This document shows positions 39,274-50,674 of a stretch of DNA of 64,000 nucleotides, piece after piece. This DNA comes from Lingula anatina (Eukaryota; Animalia; Brachiopoda). The notes beneath the pieces were generated by a model, which did not search any database, was not told the DNA's origin, and saw nothing but the letters and a program-made list of their open reading frames with translations. A program made the translations under genes and the position numbers. The stretch covers positions 1,341,721-1,405,720 of the forward strand of contig CM120648.1 of assembly GCA_051362555.1 (NCBI GenBank), given 5' to 3'. Numbering within the stretch: the first letter of the stretch is position 1; each line of letters opens with the position of its first letter.

Positions 39274-42200
39274 TCCAAGTCTGGCTATGCCCTTGCTTTA
39301 ATTTTGATGATTTTGTGTATTAAATTGTTTTACTGAACTTCTTTATTTTAGTCCAAGTCTGGCTATGCCCTTGCTTTAATTTTGATGATTTTGTGTATTA
39401 AATTGTTTTACTGAACTTCTTTATTTTAGTCCAAGTCTGGCTATGCCCTTGCTTTAATTTTGATGATTTTGTGTATTAAATTGTTTTACTGAACTTCTTT
39501 ATTTTAGTCCAAGTCTGGCTATGCCCTTGCTTTAATTTTGATGATTTTGTGTATTAAATTGTTTTACTGAACTTCTTTATTTTAGTCCAAGTCTGGCTAT
39601 GCCCTTGCTTTAATTTTGATGATTTTGTGTATTAAATTGTTTTACTGAACTTCTTTATTTTAGTCCAAGTCTGGCTATGCCCTTGCTTTAATTTTGATGA
39701 TTTTGTGTATTAAATTGTTTTACTGAACTTCTTTATTTTAGTCCAAGTCTGGCTATGCCCTTGCTTTAATTTTGATGATTTTGTGTATTAAATTGTTTTA
39801 CTGAACTTCTTTATTTTAGTCCAAGTCTGGCTATGCCCTTGCTTTAATTTTGATGATTTTGTGTATTAAATTGTTTTACTGAACTTCTTTATTTTAGTCC
39901 AAGTCTGGCTATGCCCTTGCTTTAATTTTGATGATTTTGTGTATTAAATTGTTTTACTGAACTTCTTTATTTTAGTCCAAGTCTGGCTATGCCCTTGCTT
40001 TAATTTTGATGATTTTGTGTATTAAATTGTTTTACTGAACTTCTTTATTTTAGTCCAAGTCTGGCTATGCCCTTGCTTTAATTTTGATGATTTTGTGTAT
40101 TAAATTGTTTTACTGAACTTCTTTATTTTAGTCCAAGTCAGGCTATGCCCTTGCTTTAATTTTGATGATTTTGTGTATTAAATTGTTTTACTGAACTTCT
40201 TTATTTTAGTCCAAGTCAGGCTATGCCCTTGCTTTAATTTTGATGATTTTGTGTATTAAATTGTTTTACTGAACTTCTTTATTTTAGTCCAAGTCAGGCT
40301 ATGCCCTTGCTTTAATTTTGATGATTTTGTGTATTAAATTGTTTTACTGAACTTCTTTATTTTAGTCCAAGTCTGGCTATGTCCTTGCTTTAATTTTGAT
40401 GATTTTGTGTATTAAATTGTTTTACTGAACTTCTTTATTTTAGTCCAAGTCAGGCTATGTCCTTGCTTTAATTTTGATGATTTTGTGTATTAAATTGTTT
40501 TACTGAACTTCTTTATTTTAGTCCAAGTCTGGCTATGCCCTTGCTTTAATTTTGATGATTTTGTGTATTAAATTGTTTTACTGAACTTCTTTATTTTAGT
40601 CCAAGTCTGGCTATGCCCTTGCTTTAATTTTGATGATTTTGTGTATTAAATTGTTTTACTGAACTTCTTTATTTTAGTCCAAGTCTGGCTATGCCCTTGC
40701 TTTAATTTTGATGATTTTGTGTATTAAATTGTTTTACTGAACTTCTTTATTTTAGTCCAAGTCTGGCTATGCCCTTGCTTTAATTTTGATGATTTTGTGT
40801 ATTAAATTGTTTTACTGAACTTCTTTATTTTAGTCCAAGTCTGGCTATGCCCTTGCTTTAATTTTGATGATTTTGTGTATTAAATTGTTTTACTGAACTT
40901 CTTTATTTTAGTCCAAGTCTGGCTATGCCCTTGCTTTAATTTTGATGATTTTGTGTATTAAATTGTTTTACTGAACTTCTTTATTTTAGTCCAAGTCAGG
41001 CTATGCCCTTGCTTTAATTTTGATGATTTTGTGTATTAAATTGTTTTACTGAACTTCTTTATTTTAGTCCAAGTCAGGCTATGCCCTTGCTTTAATTTTG
41101 ATGATTTTGTGTATTAAATTGTTTTACTGAACTTCTTTATTTTAGTCCAAGTCAGGCTATGTCCTTGCTTTAATTTTGATGATTTTGTGTATTAAATTGT
41201 TTTACTGAACTTCTTTATTTTAGTCCAAGTCTGGCTATGTCCTTGCTTTAATTTTGATGATTTTGTGTATTAAATTGTTTTACTGAACTTTTTTATTTTA
41301 GTCCAAGTCAGGCTATGTCCTTGCTTTAATTTTGATGATTTTGTGTATTAAATTGTTTTACTGAACTTCTTTATTTTAGTCCAAGTCTGGCTATGCCCTT
41401 GCTTTAATTTTGATGATTTTGTGTATTAAATTGTTTTACTGAACTTCTTTATTTTAGTCCAAGTCTGGCTATGCCCTTGCTTTAATTTTGATGATTTTGT
41501 GTATTAAATTGTTTTACTGAACTTCTTTATTTTAGTCCAAGTCAGGCTATGCCCTTGCTTTAATTTTGATGATTTTGTGTATTAAATTGTTTTACTGAAC
41601 TTCTTTATTTTAGTCCAAGTCTGGCTATGCCCTTGCTTTAATTTTGATGATTTTGTGTATTAAATTGTTTTACTGAACTTCTTTATTTTAGTCCAAGTCT
41701 GGCTATGCCCTTGCTTTAATTTTGATGATTTTGTGTATTAAATTGTTTTACTGAACTTCTTTATTTTAGTCCAAGTCTGGCTATGCCCTTGCTTTAATTT
41801 TGATGATTTTGTGTATTAAATTGTTTTACTGAACTTCTTTATTTTAGTCCAAGTCTGGCTATGCCCTTGCTTTAATTTTGATGATTTTGTGTATTAAATT
41901 GTTTTACTGAACTTCTTTATTTTAGTCCAAGTCTGGCTATGCCCTTGCTTTAATTTTGATGATTTTGTGTATTAAATTGTTTTACTGAACTTCTTTATTT
42001 TAGTCCAAGTCTGGCTATGCCCTTGCTTTAATTTTGATGATTTTGTGTATTAAATTGTTTTACTGAACTTCTTTATTTTAGTCCAAGTCTGGCTATGCCC
42101 TTGCTTTAATTTTGATGATTTTGTGTATTAAATTGTTTTACTGAACTTCTTTATTTTAGTCCAAGTCTGGCTATGCCCTTGCTTTAATTTTGATGATTTT

Positions 42201-43251
42201 GTGTATTAAATTGTTTTACTGAACTTCTTTATTTTAGTCCAAGTCTGGCTATGCCCTTGCTTTAATTTTGATGATTTTGTGTATTAAATTGTTTTACTGA
42301 ACTTCTTTATTTTAGTCCAAGTCTGGCTATGCCCTTGCTTTAATTTTGATGATTTTGTGTATTAAATTGTTTTACTGAACTTCTTTATTTTAGTCCAAGT
42401 CTGGCTATGCCCTTGCTTTAATTTTGATGATTTTGTGTATTAAATTGTTTTACTGAACTTCTTTATTTTAGTCCAAGTCAGGCTATGCCCTTGCTTTAAT
42501 TTTGATGATTTTGTGTATTAAATTGTTTTACTGAACTTCTTTATTTTAGTCCAAGTCAGGCTATGCCCTTGCTTTAATTTTGATGATTTTGTGTATTAAA
42601 TTGTTTTACTGAACTTCTTTATTTTAGTCCAAGTCTGGCTATGCCCTTGCTTTAATTTTGATGATTTTGTGTATTAAATTGTTTTACTGAACTTCTTTAT
42701 TTTAGTCCAAGTCTGGCTATGCCCTTGCTTTAATTTTGATGATTTTGTGTATTAAATTGTTTTACTGAACTTCTTTATTTTAGTCCAAGTCTGGCTATGC
42801 CCTTGCTTTAATTTTGATGATTTTGTGTATTAAATTGTTTTACTGAACTTCTTTATTTTAGTCCAAGTCTGGCTATGCCCTTGCTTTAATTTTGATGATT
42901 TTGTGTATTAAATTGTTTTACTGAACTTCTTTATTTTAGTCCAAGTCAGGCTATGCCCTTGCTTTAATTTTGATGATTTTGTGTATTAAATTGTTTTACT
43001 GAACTTCTTTATTTTAGTCCAAGTCTGGCTATGCCCTTGCTTTAATTTTGATGATTTTGTGTATTAAATTGTTTTACTGAACTTCTTTATTTTAGTCCAA
43101 GTCTGGCTATGCCCTTGCTTTAATTTTGATGATTTTGTGTATTAAATTGTTTTACTGAACTTCTTTATTTTAGTCCAAGTCAGGCTATGTCCTTGCTTTA
43201 ATTTTGATGATTTTGTGTATTAAATTGTTTTACTGAACTTCTTTATTTTAG
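39274..43251 (+). repeat. Tandem array of 51 x 78 bp made of per exon-4 start plus the intron 3' splice site
   Basis: Unit TCCAAGTCWGGCTATGYCCTTGCTTTAATTTTGATGATTTTGTGTATTAAATTGTTTTACTGAACTTCTTTATTTTAG; (43252-39274)/78 = 51 exactly; a diverged extra copy sits at ~39186-39273. Confidence 0.97.
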
Positions 43252-43344
43252 TCCAAGTCAGGCTATGCCCTTGCTCTAACTTTGAAGGAATCTGTCATCA
43301 TTGAGACCAGTCCTAAACTGAAGTCATTACTTGGTTTTCCTGGG
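43252..43344 (+). CDS. per: per coding exon 4 (start of PAS-A), directly after the 78-bp acceptor array
   Basis: SKSGYALALTLKESVIIETSPKLKSLLGFPG; ttttag/GTTAGT; 93 nt, phase 0-0; corresponds to the PER PAS-A start (..S.S+..+LG(Y/F)P.D). Confidence 0.9.
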
Positions 43345-43396
43345 GTTAGTATTACCCTTAAAGCTAATTTAAACGGATCATTTCAGTAATGTTTAT

Positions 43397-43569
43397 CTGG
43401 GGTAGCGCTAGCACTCACCAATATAGCCAAATGCTAAAACTGACTTAATTTGGCTAAAGAAAAAGGGCTTTATTTGACATGTTTTAGCCAATTTTATAAC
43501 CATTTTGATAACAAATTGACAAAAAAGGGGTGATATGGCCAAGCAAAAAATTTGCTAGCGCTACCCCAG
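43397..43569. mobile_element. MITE family G (others 25635-25792, ~30540-30712, ~36918-36965 partial)
   Basis: TIR CTGGGGTAGCGCTAGCA; 5-bp flanking repeats TTTAT here and GCAGA at the 25635 copy. Confidence 0.88.
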
Positions 43570-44019
43570 TTTATGAAAATACAATTAACAATGAGACATG
43601 TCTTAAAATGGCAACTGGAAAGTACTCTTAAAACAAAAAGCTTTGCAGGCCAAAGAAGCCCGCTGAAAGCCAGATACTACATACAGGCACTGACATTTCA
43701 AGATTTTACTGAGACATTTATAATTTAGGGTATATATTGGTATTTTAACTTTATACATATACAGATAATTTATGTGAATAACAATTCTAGAAAAAAAAAA
43801 GGTTTCAGAAATTTTGAGGGAGCAATGTTGATAAATAATGGACATGTATGTTTGAGGATATCCACAGATTTCTTAGAAATTTCTGCACAATTTCTCCAAG
43901 GCTTGGTATTGGGTCTGAAACTGGTGAGATTTGCCTTGGCTGCCCATACTAATAAATAAAATTGTTAACAAATTAATTTTTTAACAAGATGAGACTTGCT
44001 TTTATTATTTATTTTTCAG

Positions 44020-44125
44020 GACTTACTAAATTCACGGCAGATTGAAGATTTTGTCCACCGTAAAGACTGGAGCACATTCAGCAATAAACTCGGTGAATAC
44101 AGGAGTGAAGCACAGTTTGAGCAAG
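44020..44125 (+). CDS. per: per coding exon 5 (PAS-A)
   Basis: DLLNSRQIEDFVHRKDWSTFSNKLGEYRSEAQFEQ; DFVHxKD motif; phase 0-1. Confidence 0.92.
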
Positions 44126-44746
44126 GTATGGAGTACTTTTTGCCTTAAAGAATTTAATTTTCAATTTAAGAAAAAAATTCCTCGGACATGTCAGTTCATA
44201 ATGCAATCTTGTGAAATGTTTTGAATAAGGAAATTTTGTGAAAATGAACTTTAGCCTTGTTAATTTACCTTATATTCTTCATATTTTGAGCAGACATGAT
44301 AGGTAGGTTTGTTGTTTGGGATTTTTTTTTCTATTAAATTTTCTGGCCTTGATCTTGCCTATTTCAGTTCCAAGGTTGCTTTCATTGTGATTGTTGATCT
44401 GTTTCAGCTGAAACCTTTTTATTATAACATACCTGTATATTTTAAACCTTCAACCAAAACTTCAGATAAAAAAATATATTTTCTTTGAAACTTCTTAGTG
44501 TAAGGCAGTGCTCTATTATGGATGCATTTATTCAGCACGCATGCACGCACATACACACATACACACACACACACACACACATATTGCCTCTTCACATCAG
44601 GGGAAAGAATGAAAACAATACAATTCTGAACCAGAAAATGCTGACAAAAGTATAGATAATCTTTCTCTGTTCATATACAAGCAAGAAGCAATTTGTGTAG
44701 TAACACTAATCGTCAAAATTGCAATTTTACCTATTACATGTTACAG

Positions 44747-44801
44747 GGACTAGCCAAGACTGGAGTGGAAAAGAACATGAGAGTTTCTGCCTCAGAATAA
44801 G
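44747..44801 (+). CDS. per: per coding exon 6
   Basis: GTSQDWSGKEHESFCLRI; cag/GTGAGC; phase 1-2. Confidence 0.88.
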
Positions 44802-45398
44802 GTGAGCTAAGGGGTTTATTTTCATATGGCCAGAAAATGTTTTGCACGGTTAATTGGTTGCAAAATAACATGTTATGCATTAATTGTCAGTATAAATGTG
44901 TGAGGTGGTTGAGAGAAAACTGCCAGTTTCCAAGAAAAGGAGTCAGCTTTGCAAAGGTCTAAGATTAATTTTATTTTTAATTTTAAGTTTCATTGCCAGC
45001 TAATTTTGAAAGCCATGTCACTTTTTACGGTCAAAGAATGAAGCTCTTAATGGCTCGATATGGAGGAAGATAAGGACATTTGATTGTCTTTTTTTTTTGA
45101 GAATGATTATCTTGAAATAAAATTTATTGTTCCGATGTAGTAGTTAAACAAAAATTTTTATAGACATTGAAATTGTCAGAAGTCTCATGTGAAATTGTCT
45201 GTCCAGGTAAATTTTTGAATGCTAGGGTTCAGATTTGCTCATTTTGTTTGGACTGTTTAACCTTGCCCCTATCAAGCTGCCAGGATTTTGTCTAAAATAT
45301 TCAAAATGGGTCCGCGGAAGCATGTTAGGAAGTGTTGATTAACTCTTTGAATAATTTTATGAAATTCTAAGAGAAGGTGTTCTACTTTTAATAGTTTT

Positions 45399-45445
45399 CA
45401 CATGGCTCACGTGGCTCACGTTTTTTTCCTAATTCGATGCACGTG
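45399..45445. promoter_or_regulatory. Intronic E-box cluster in per
   Basis: CACATG 45399, CACGTG 45408, CACGTT 45417 and CACGTG 45440 within 47 bp. Confidence 0.45.
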
Positions 45446-46733
45446 TAGTATTTTTCCTCACCCGTTGCTGTGTTGGCAGTTTATGGCACAATGGGGGAAA
45501 GCAAAATAAGAAATTATGAAAATGTCATTTTTTCTAGTGTTAGATTAAACCCATAACTGTATATGAATTAAAGTGGAATATTAACCAAAGATAGTGTCTC
45601 AACAATGTTTATATGATATTTGAATGGTATTGAAAGTAATTTATTTTAAGCAATAAAGATTTGCACATAGTGTATATGTTATATCTGTCAAAAACCCAAC
45701 TTTAATGTCTTTTTTGTCCCATTTAGCTTTGTGCTCATATGTCTATGGAATTGTTGTGGGTCCAAAAGGCAAACAAATATTAAATCTCATACTGGAGACA
45801 CTCACGTACATCTGCTAGATAGTATGCAACCACTCTGACGTTTTGTCCTTTATCACAAAGACATCTTCAGGGAGCTGACATTACAGGTGACACTGCTGGC
45901 GGGGTCCACTCACACGCTTTTGTTAACTTTTCTTTCTTCTTAGAGCATGCAGTGGTCATTATTTGTGAGGTTGCCCTCGGTGCCTGCCAGCGAATTCTTT
46001 TTTTTTGCTTTTCACTCTTGGAGTGAACAGAACACTCGGATGTACATTTTGTCTCTGCCATAATGTCTTTGTCAGTATGAACTACATAACTAAAGCAGTA
46101 CATGGCCATTCTGTACAGGAAGCTATCCATTCATCCCCAATGTCATCCTCATGTAATACTTTTGGCTAATCGTAAAAATTATATAACTGCACGACCCATG
46201 ACCCTCTGCGAAGTAGGCCACAGCTTGAATTGCGCTCTGTGATTGGTCAATGTGTCCAAGGTACCACCATTTTCTCCCTTATATGGCATTGCATACCTGC
46301 AGCATGTAGTGCGGATATTTGAAATTGAAAATCTACTTCTTGTGCTACTTTTGTGGAAGGAACTCAATCATGCTGGCAGCAAAACACTTTTTATTTTCAT
46401 TTTCTGATCAACTTTTTAGCTGCATGATATGGAATTTTTGGCAAATCTTTCAAGTCTCGTAAAACAGCTTAGCAAAAGATATGGCATCTTTGCCCTCTTT
46501 ATCTGCACTTTTGATAAACCATGTTTTAATTATGGATTCTGTGAAATTTCTCTTTCTTTTTATTTATTTATTTATTTATTTGTTTGTTTTGAAGGGCATA
46601 CTAAAGCCTATGCCAAGGACCAGTTAAAGTCTTACTGGAGTGAAATTTTGACATTGAACTGTTTACTGCCACTGCACCATGTTTTTAATCTAAGTAACAT
46701 TTTCCATCATTTTATTACTTTTTTTTTTTGCAG

Positions 46734-46936
46734 GAAATACAAAAGCCTCAGTCAGGGATTTAGTCTGAGTCGGGACATTGACTATGCTGTCTTCTCCGCT
46801 CACTGTCAGATTATGTCCGTGGCGGTAAAAGACATGGAGTCCCTAGACAGTGGTATTCCTAGCAGCAGCATCAAGACGGAAGATTGTTGCTGGTATCTTT
46901 TCATGGGGTTGGAGCCATTGAAGTCGGCCTATGAAG
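46734..46936 (+). CDS. per: per coding exon 7 (PAS-A C-terminal part)
   Basis: RKYKSLSQGFSL...YLFMGLEPLKSAYE; phase 2-1. Confidence 0.92.
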
Positions 46937-47239
46937 GTGTGCAGAAAATGGCCTTGTTTTTTTTTTTTCATTGATGAGTTTTAGTTTGATGGTTGTTTTG
47001 GCATCTTTATTGTCATGAGTTTGTGTATGAAGGTGTTACAAAATGTGGTTCTTTATTAAGGGATTTTCAGAGAAAATATTTTATGTAAAAATTAAAAAAA
47101 TAACATTGATTGTCTTCATTAATGTGTGTGCTGTATATTCATGCATGCACGTATGAGGAAGAGTTTGCAGTGATGCCATGGTTAAAGAAAAAAGAGACAT
47201 CCTGCCTGTTTATGAGACCTTTCCTCGCTTTACTTTCAG

Positions 47240-47324
47240 ATCTGCCAGAAGGGAAAGTTCCAGAAACTAATGTATTCTCCACACAACACAACACAAACTG
47301 TGCATTTTGCCAAGTGGAATTTGG
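47240..47324 (+). CDS. per: per coding exon 8 (PAS-B start)
   Basis: DLPEGKVPETNVFSTQHNTNCAFCQVEF; FxTxHxxxC motif; phase 1-2. Confidence 0.93.
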
Positions 47325-47631
47325 GTAAGTCGACCTTTTTTTTCTCCAAAATATGAATCATTGAATGGAATTTGAAGGTGAGTTGATAAATTTTCTGTCA
47401 TTCTTCCTTATTGTAAATGGGCAAATACAGACTTATTGTGACCGTAGTGGATTTGATAATTGTCGAATTCTGTGAAATTCCTTGGACTTCTTCTATATTA
47501 TGAAAAAAGGAGAAAATTACCATACAACTCTGTATAATGACATTCTGTTTTGTTGTTTACTGTCGTTATCATTTGATGTTTACTAACATTTTCATTACGT
47601 TAAGAAAAAGCATAGGGAGTCCTCTTTTCAG

Positions 47632-47738
47632 GGTCATACCTCTAATGGGCTATCTGCCTCAGGACCTCATTGGGTCCTCCATCTTCGACCTTTACCACCC
47701 TGAGGACATTCCAGTGCTGCTGGAGGCGCACAAAGAGG
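47632..47738 (+). CDS. per: per coding exon 9 (PAS-B)
   Basis: VIPLMGYLPQDLIGSSIFDLYHPEDIPVLLEAHKE; phase 2-1. Confidence 0.96.
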
Positions 47739-47847
47739 GTAGGGAGACCTTTCACAGTTTTTTTTTTTTTTTTGACACAAAAACGTTTGAAAAAGAGGTA
47801 GAGCCCCTTTGTGTATGTGAGAGTGCGAGAGTGAAATAGACAGCAAG

Positions 47848-47878
<31 letters not shown>

Positions 47879-47954
47879 GCCTTACCTTACACTTGCAATC
47901 ATGGCGACCGTTGTATGAACATATTCCCTTTGGTGAGTGTGTTTCTGTTTTCAG

Positions 47955-48108
47955 CAATCAAGACCAATGGAGTTCCCTACAAAAGTCAACCAATCAGAAT
48001 GCTGCCAAAAAACAAATCTGAAATTTTGGTTGAAACGGAATGGTCTAGCTTCATCAATCCTTGGACCAAGAAACTGGAGTTTGTCCTTGGGAGACATACT
48101 GTTATAAG
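47955..48108 (+). CDS. per: per coding exon 10 (PAC)
   Basis: AIKTNGVPYKSQPIRMLPKNKSEILVETEWSSFINPWTKKLEFVLGRHTVI; phase 1-2. Confidence 0.96.
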
Positions 48109-48302
48109 GTTGGGATTTTTAAATGTTTGTGTGTAATCCTCAGTTTGGCAAATAAATGGGGTGGGGGAGGGGAGGTTAGAAGAATGTCATTCCTTAAATA
48201 TGCTTAAGAATTTTATAGGAATGTTAACTGTTAGTCACTGCTTTAGAAAGATGGCTGCAGAAAGAAAAATATGTTTAATATATTTGTTTTTTCTGATTGC
48301 AG

Positions 48303-48423
48303 TGCTCCAAAGGACCCAAACGTCTTTCATGAGCCTGAAAATCAGTGGTGGATCCGAACCAAGCAGGAAGAATGGCGGAGAGCACAGTCCAAGCAGATGG
48401 AAATTAGGAATCTGCTGGCAAAT
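48303..48423 (+). CDS. per: per coding exon 11
   Basis: SAPKDPNVFHEPENQWWIRTKQEEWRRAQSKQMEIRNLLAN; post-PAS PxxxxVF motif and IxxLL helix; phase 2-0. Confidence 0.92.
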
Positions 48424-50132
48424 GTAAGACAACAAATACATAGGTGGCAGTTGAATTCAAGACAATGAAAGGAAAGAAAGTATTTGGTTTGGTGACCATT
48501 AGGTTCTGCAAGTATTAAACTTTAAATATAAGTAGCGCCTCCTAATTTGCGACCTTTTAATTGTACCACCAGCGTTAGCGCTGGCGGTACACATGGTTTC
48601 GGTCTCGTCCGGATCGTTCCGCCGGCTCCGCCGGCTCCGCCGGCTCCGCCGGACGGCTACCGTTACCGCTTCTCCTCCTAGACGGTAAGGCCCCCCATAC
48701 CCATCTCATGGATTTAGGTCACCTATAATCTCAACTCGTTCCACGTAAAATTTGGGCTTTGTCGGTATTGGGGTCTGGGTGTGGCACTCATTGCAATGCA
48801 CCCTTGTCCAAAAATGGCAAAATTAAATGATAATTATCTACCCTACGGAAGGAGTTACGGGAAAATTTTCTACAGACGGCTTTCCAAAAGTCATATGTGT
48901 AGATTTCAAATATACCCTCGGATTTGACCTTTGACCTTTACTTCAAGGTCAAATGGGCCAAAATTTTCAAAAAAATGAAATTTTTTACGAAAAAAAAATT
49001 TTTTGCCCTTTTATTCAGACACCACACAGACTTAACCAATAATATTATTGGAAAGTGTTACCCTTCAGGTCATCTTTCATCTCCGTGAATTTGGGGTCAA
49101 TCGGTGCATTTTCACAGGAGTAGCGGCCATAAGATACCGAAACTGAAAACTGTCTCTAATTCGGGAACCGTTAATGCTAGAGACCCATTCTTTTTTGCAT
49201 TTTGTAGAGCATGTAAAGCCCAACACTGGAGGTGGTCTCGGTTTTTTTGTATTCCATACGGTTTTCGAGTTACGCTGTATCAAAAAGTACATATTGGTGG
49301 TGAAAGGAAAATGTACGGAAGCCCACTGGTGCCATATGTAGAAAAAAAAATTATCTCGAAATTTCGAGATACTATTTTGAAATTTGAACAAAAAAATTTA
49401 CCACCAGCGTTAGCGCTGGCGGTACACATGGTTTCGGTCCCGTCCGGTCCGTTCCGCCGGCTCCGCCGCCATGTTACCGTTACCGCTTCTCCTCCTAGAC
49501 GGTAAGGGCCCCCGTACCCATCTCATGGATTTAGGTCACCTATAATCTCAACTCGTTCCACGTAAAATTTGGGCTTTGTCGGTATTGGGGTCTGGGTGTG
49601 GCACTCATTGCAATGCACCCTTGTCTAAAAATGGCAAAATTAAATGCTAATTATCTACCCTACAGAAGGAGTTACGGGAAAAATTTCTATAGACGGCTTT
49701 CCAAAAGTCATATGTGTAGATTTCAAATATACCCTCGGATTTGACCTTTGACCTTTACTTCAAGGTCAAATGGGTCAAAATTTTCAAAAAAATGAAATTT
49801 TTTACGAAAAAAAATTTTTTTGCCCTGTTATTCAGACGCCACACAGACTTAACCAATAATATTATTGGAAAGTGTTACCCTTCAGGTCATCTTTCATCTC
49901 CGTGAATTTGGGGTCAATCGGTGCATTTTCACAGGAGTAGCGGCCATAAGATACCGAAACTGAAAACTGTCTCTAATTCGGGAACCGTTAATGCTAGAGA
50001 CCCATTCTTTTTTGCATTTTGTAGAGCATGTAAAGCCCAACACTGGAGGTGGTCTCGGTTTTTTTGTATTCCATACGGTTTTCGAGTTACGCTGTATCAG
50101 AAAGTACATATTGGTGGTGAAAGGAAAATGTA

Positions 50133-50420
50133 CGGAAGCCGACTGGTGCCATATGTAGAAAAAAAAATTATCTCGAAATTTCGAGATACTATTTTGAAAT
50201 TTGAACAAAAAAAATTTTTATCTCGAAATTTCGAGATAGCATTTTGAAATTTGAACAAAAAAAAAATTATCTCGAAATTTCGAGATAGCATTTTGATATT
50301 TGAGCAAAAAAATTTATCTCGAAATTTCGAGATAGTATTTTGAAATTTGAACAAAAAAAATGCTATCTCGAAATTTCGAGATAATTTTTTTTTTCAACAT
50401 ATGGCACCAGTCGGCTTCCG
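50133..50420. mobile_element. Foldback-like MITE with TA flanks and repeated TATCTCGAAATTTCGAGATA palindromes
   Basis: TIR CGGAAGCCGACTGGTGCCATATGT / ACATATGGCACCAGTCGGCTTCCG; five internal palindromes about 48 bp apart; truncated copy at ~49315-49398. Confidence 0.85.
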
Positions 50421-50674
50421 TAAAAATGTGCAGTACGGTAATGGATAATAAATTTTGAACTCCGGAAAAATAAAACATAATGCTTGGCAAAGCAGACAAC
50501 TTGTGGTCAAAAATGACATTATTTTATCAAATTTAAACTTCTGCAACTTCAGAGAACCTCCCATTTCAAGAACTTTGACCAAAATGACCTTTTCTTTATT
50601 TTAATTAATTTTTTCTGTAGGAAATTTATGGCACATTATGGTAACTCCAAAATTATAACATTTAGTCCCTTATA

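Noticed and set aside
39274-43251. CRISPR-like or coding-repeat interpretation of the 78-bp array
   Set aside because: There are no unique spacers and the context is a eukaryotic intron; the exon-3 reading frame has two stops per unit, so the array cannot be a long coding repeat of PER.
39274-43251. Recursive (ratchet) splicing through the array
   Set aside because: Acceptors are AG|TC, not AG|GT; the nearby AA|GTCWGG is only a weak donor match, so the sequence does not support it.
45867-46130. 87-aa antisense ORF with a nearby CCAAT motif
   Set aside because: No recognisable domain; at most a transposon 5' remnant, which I cannot support.
49077-50582. Duplicated 104-133 aa ORFs
   Set aside because: They lie in the duplicated Helentron-type element and palindromic MITE and show no recognisable protein motifs.
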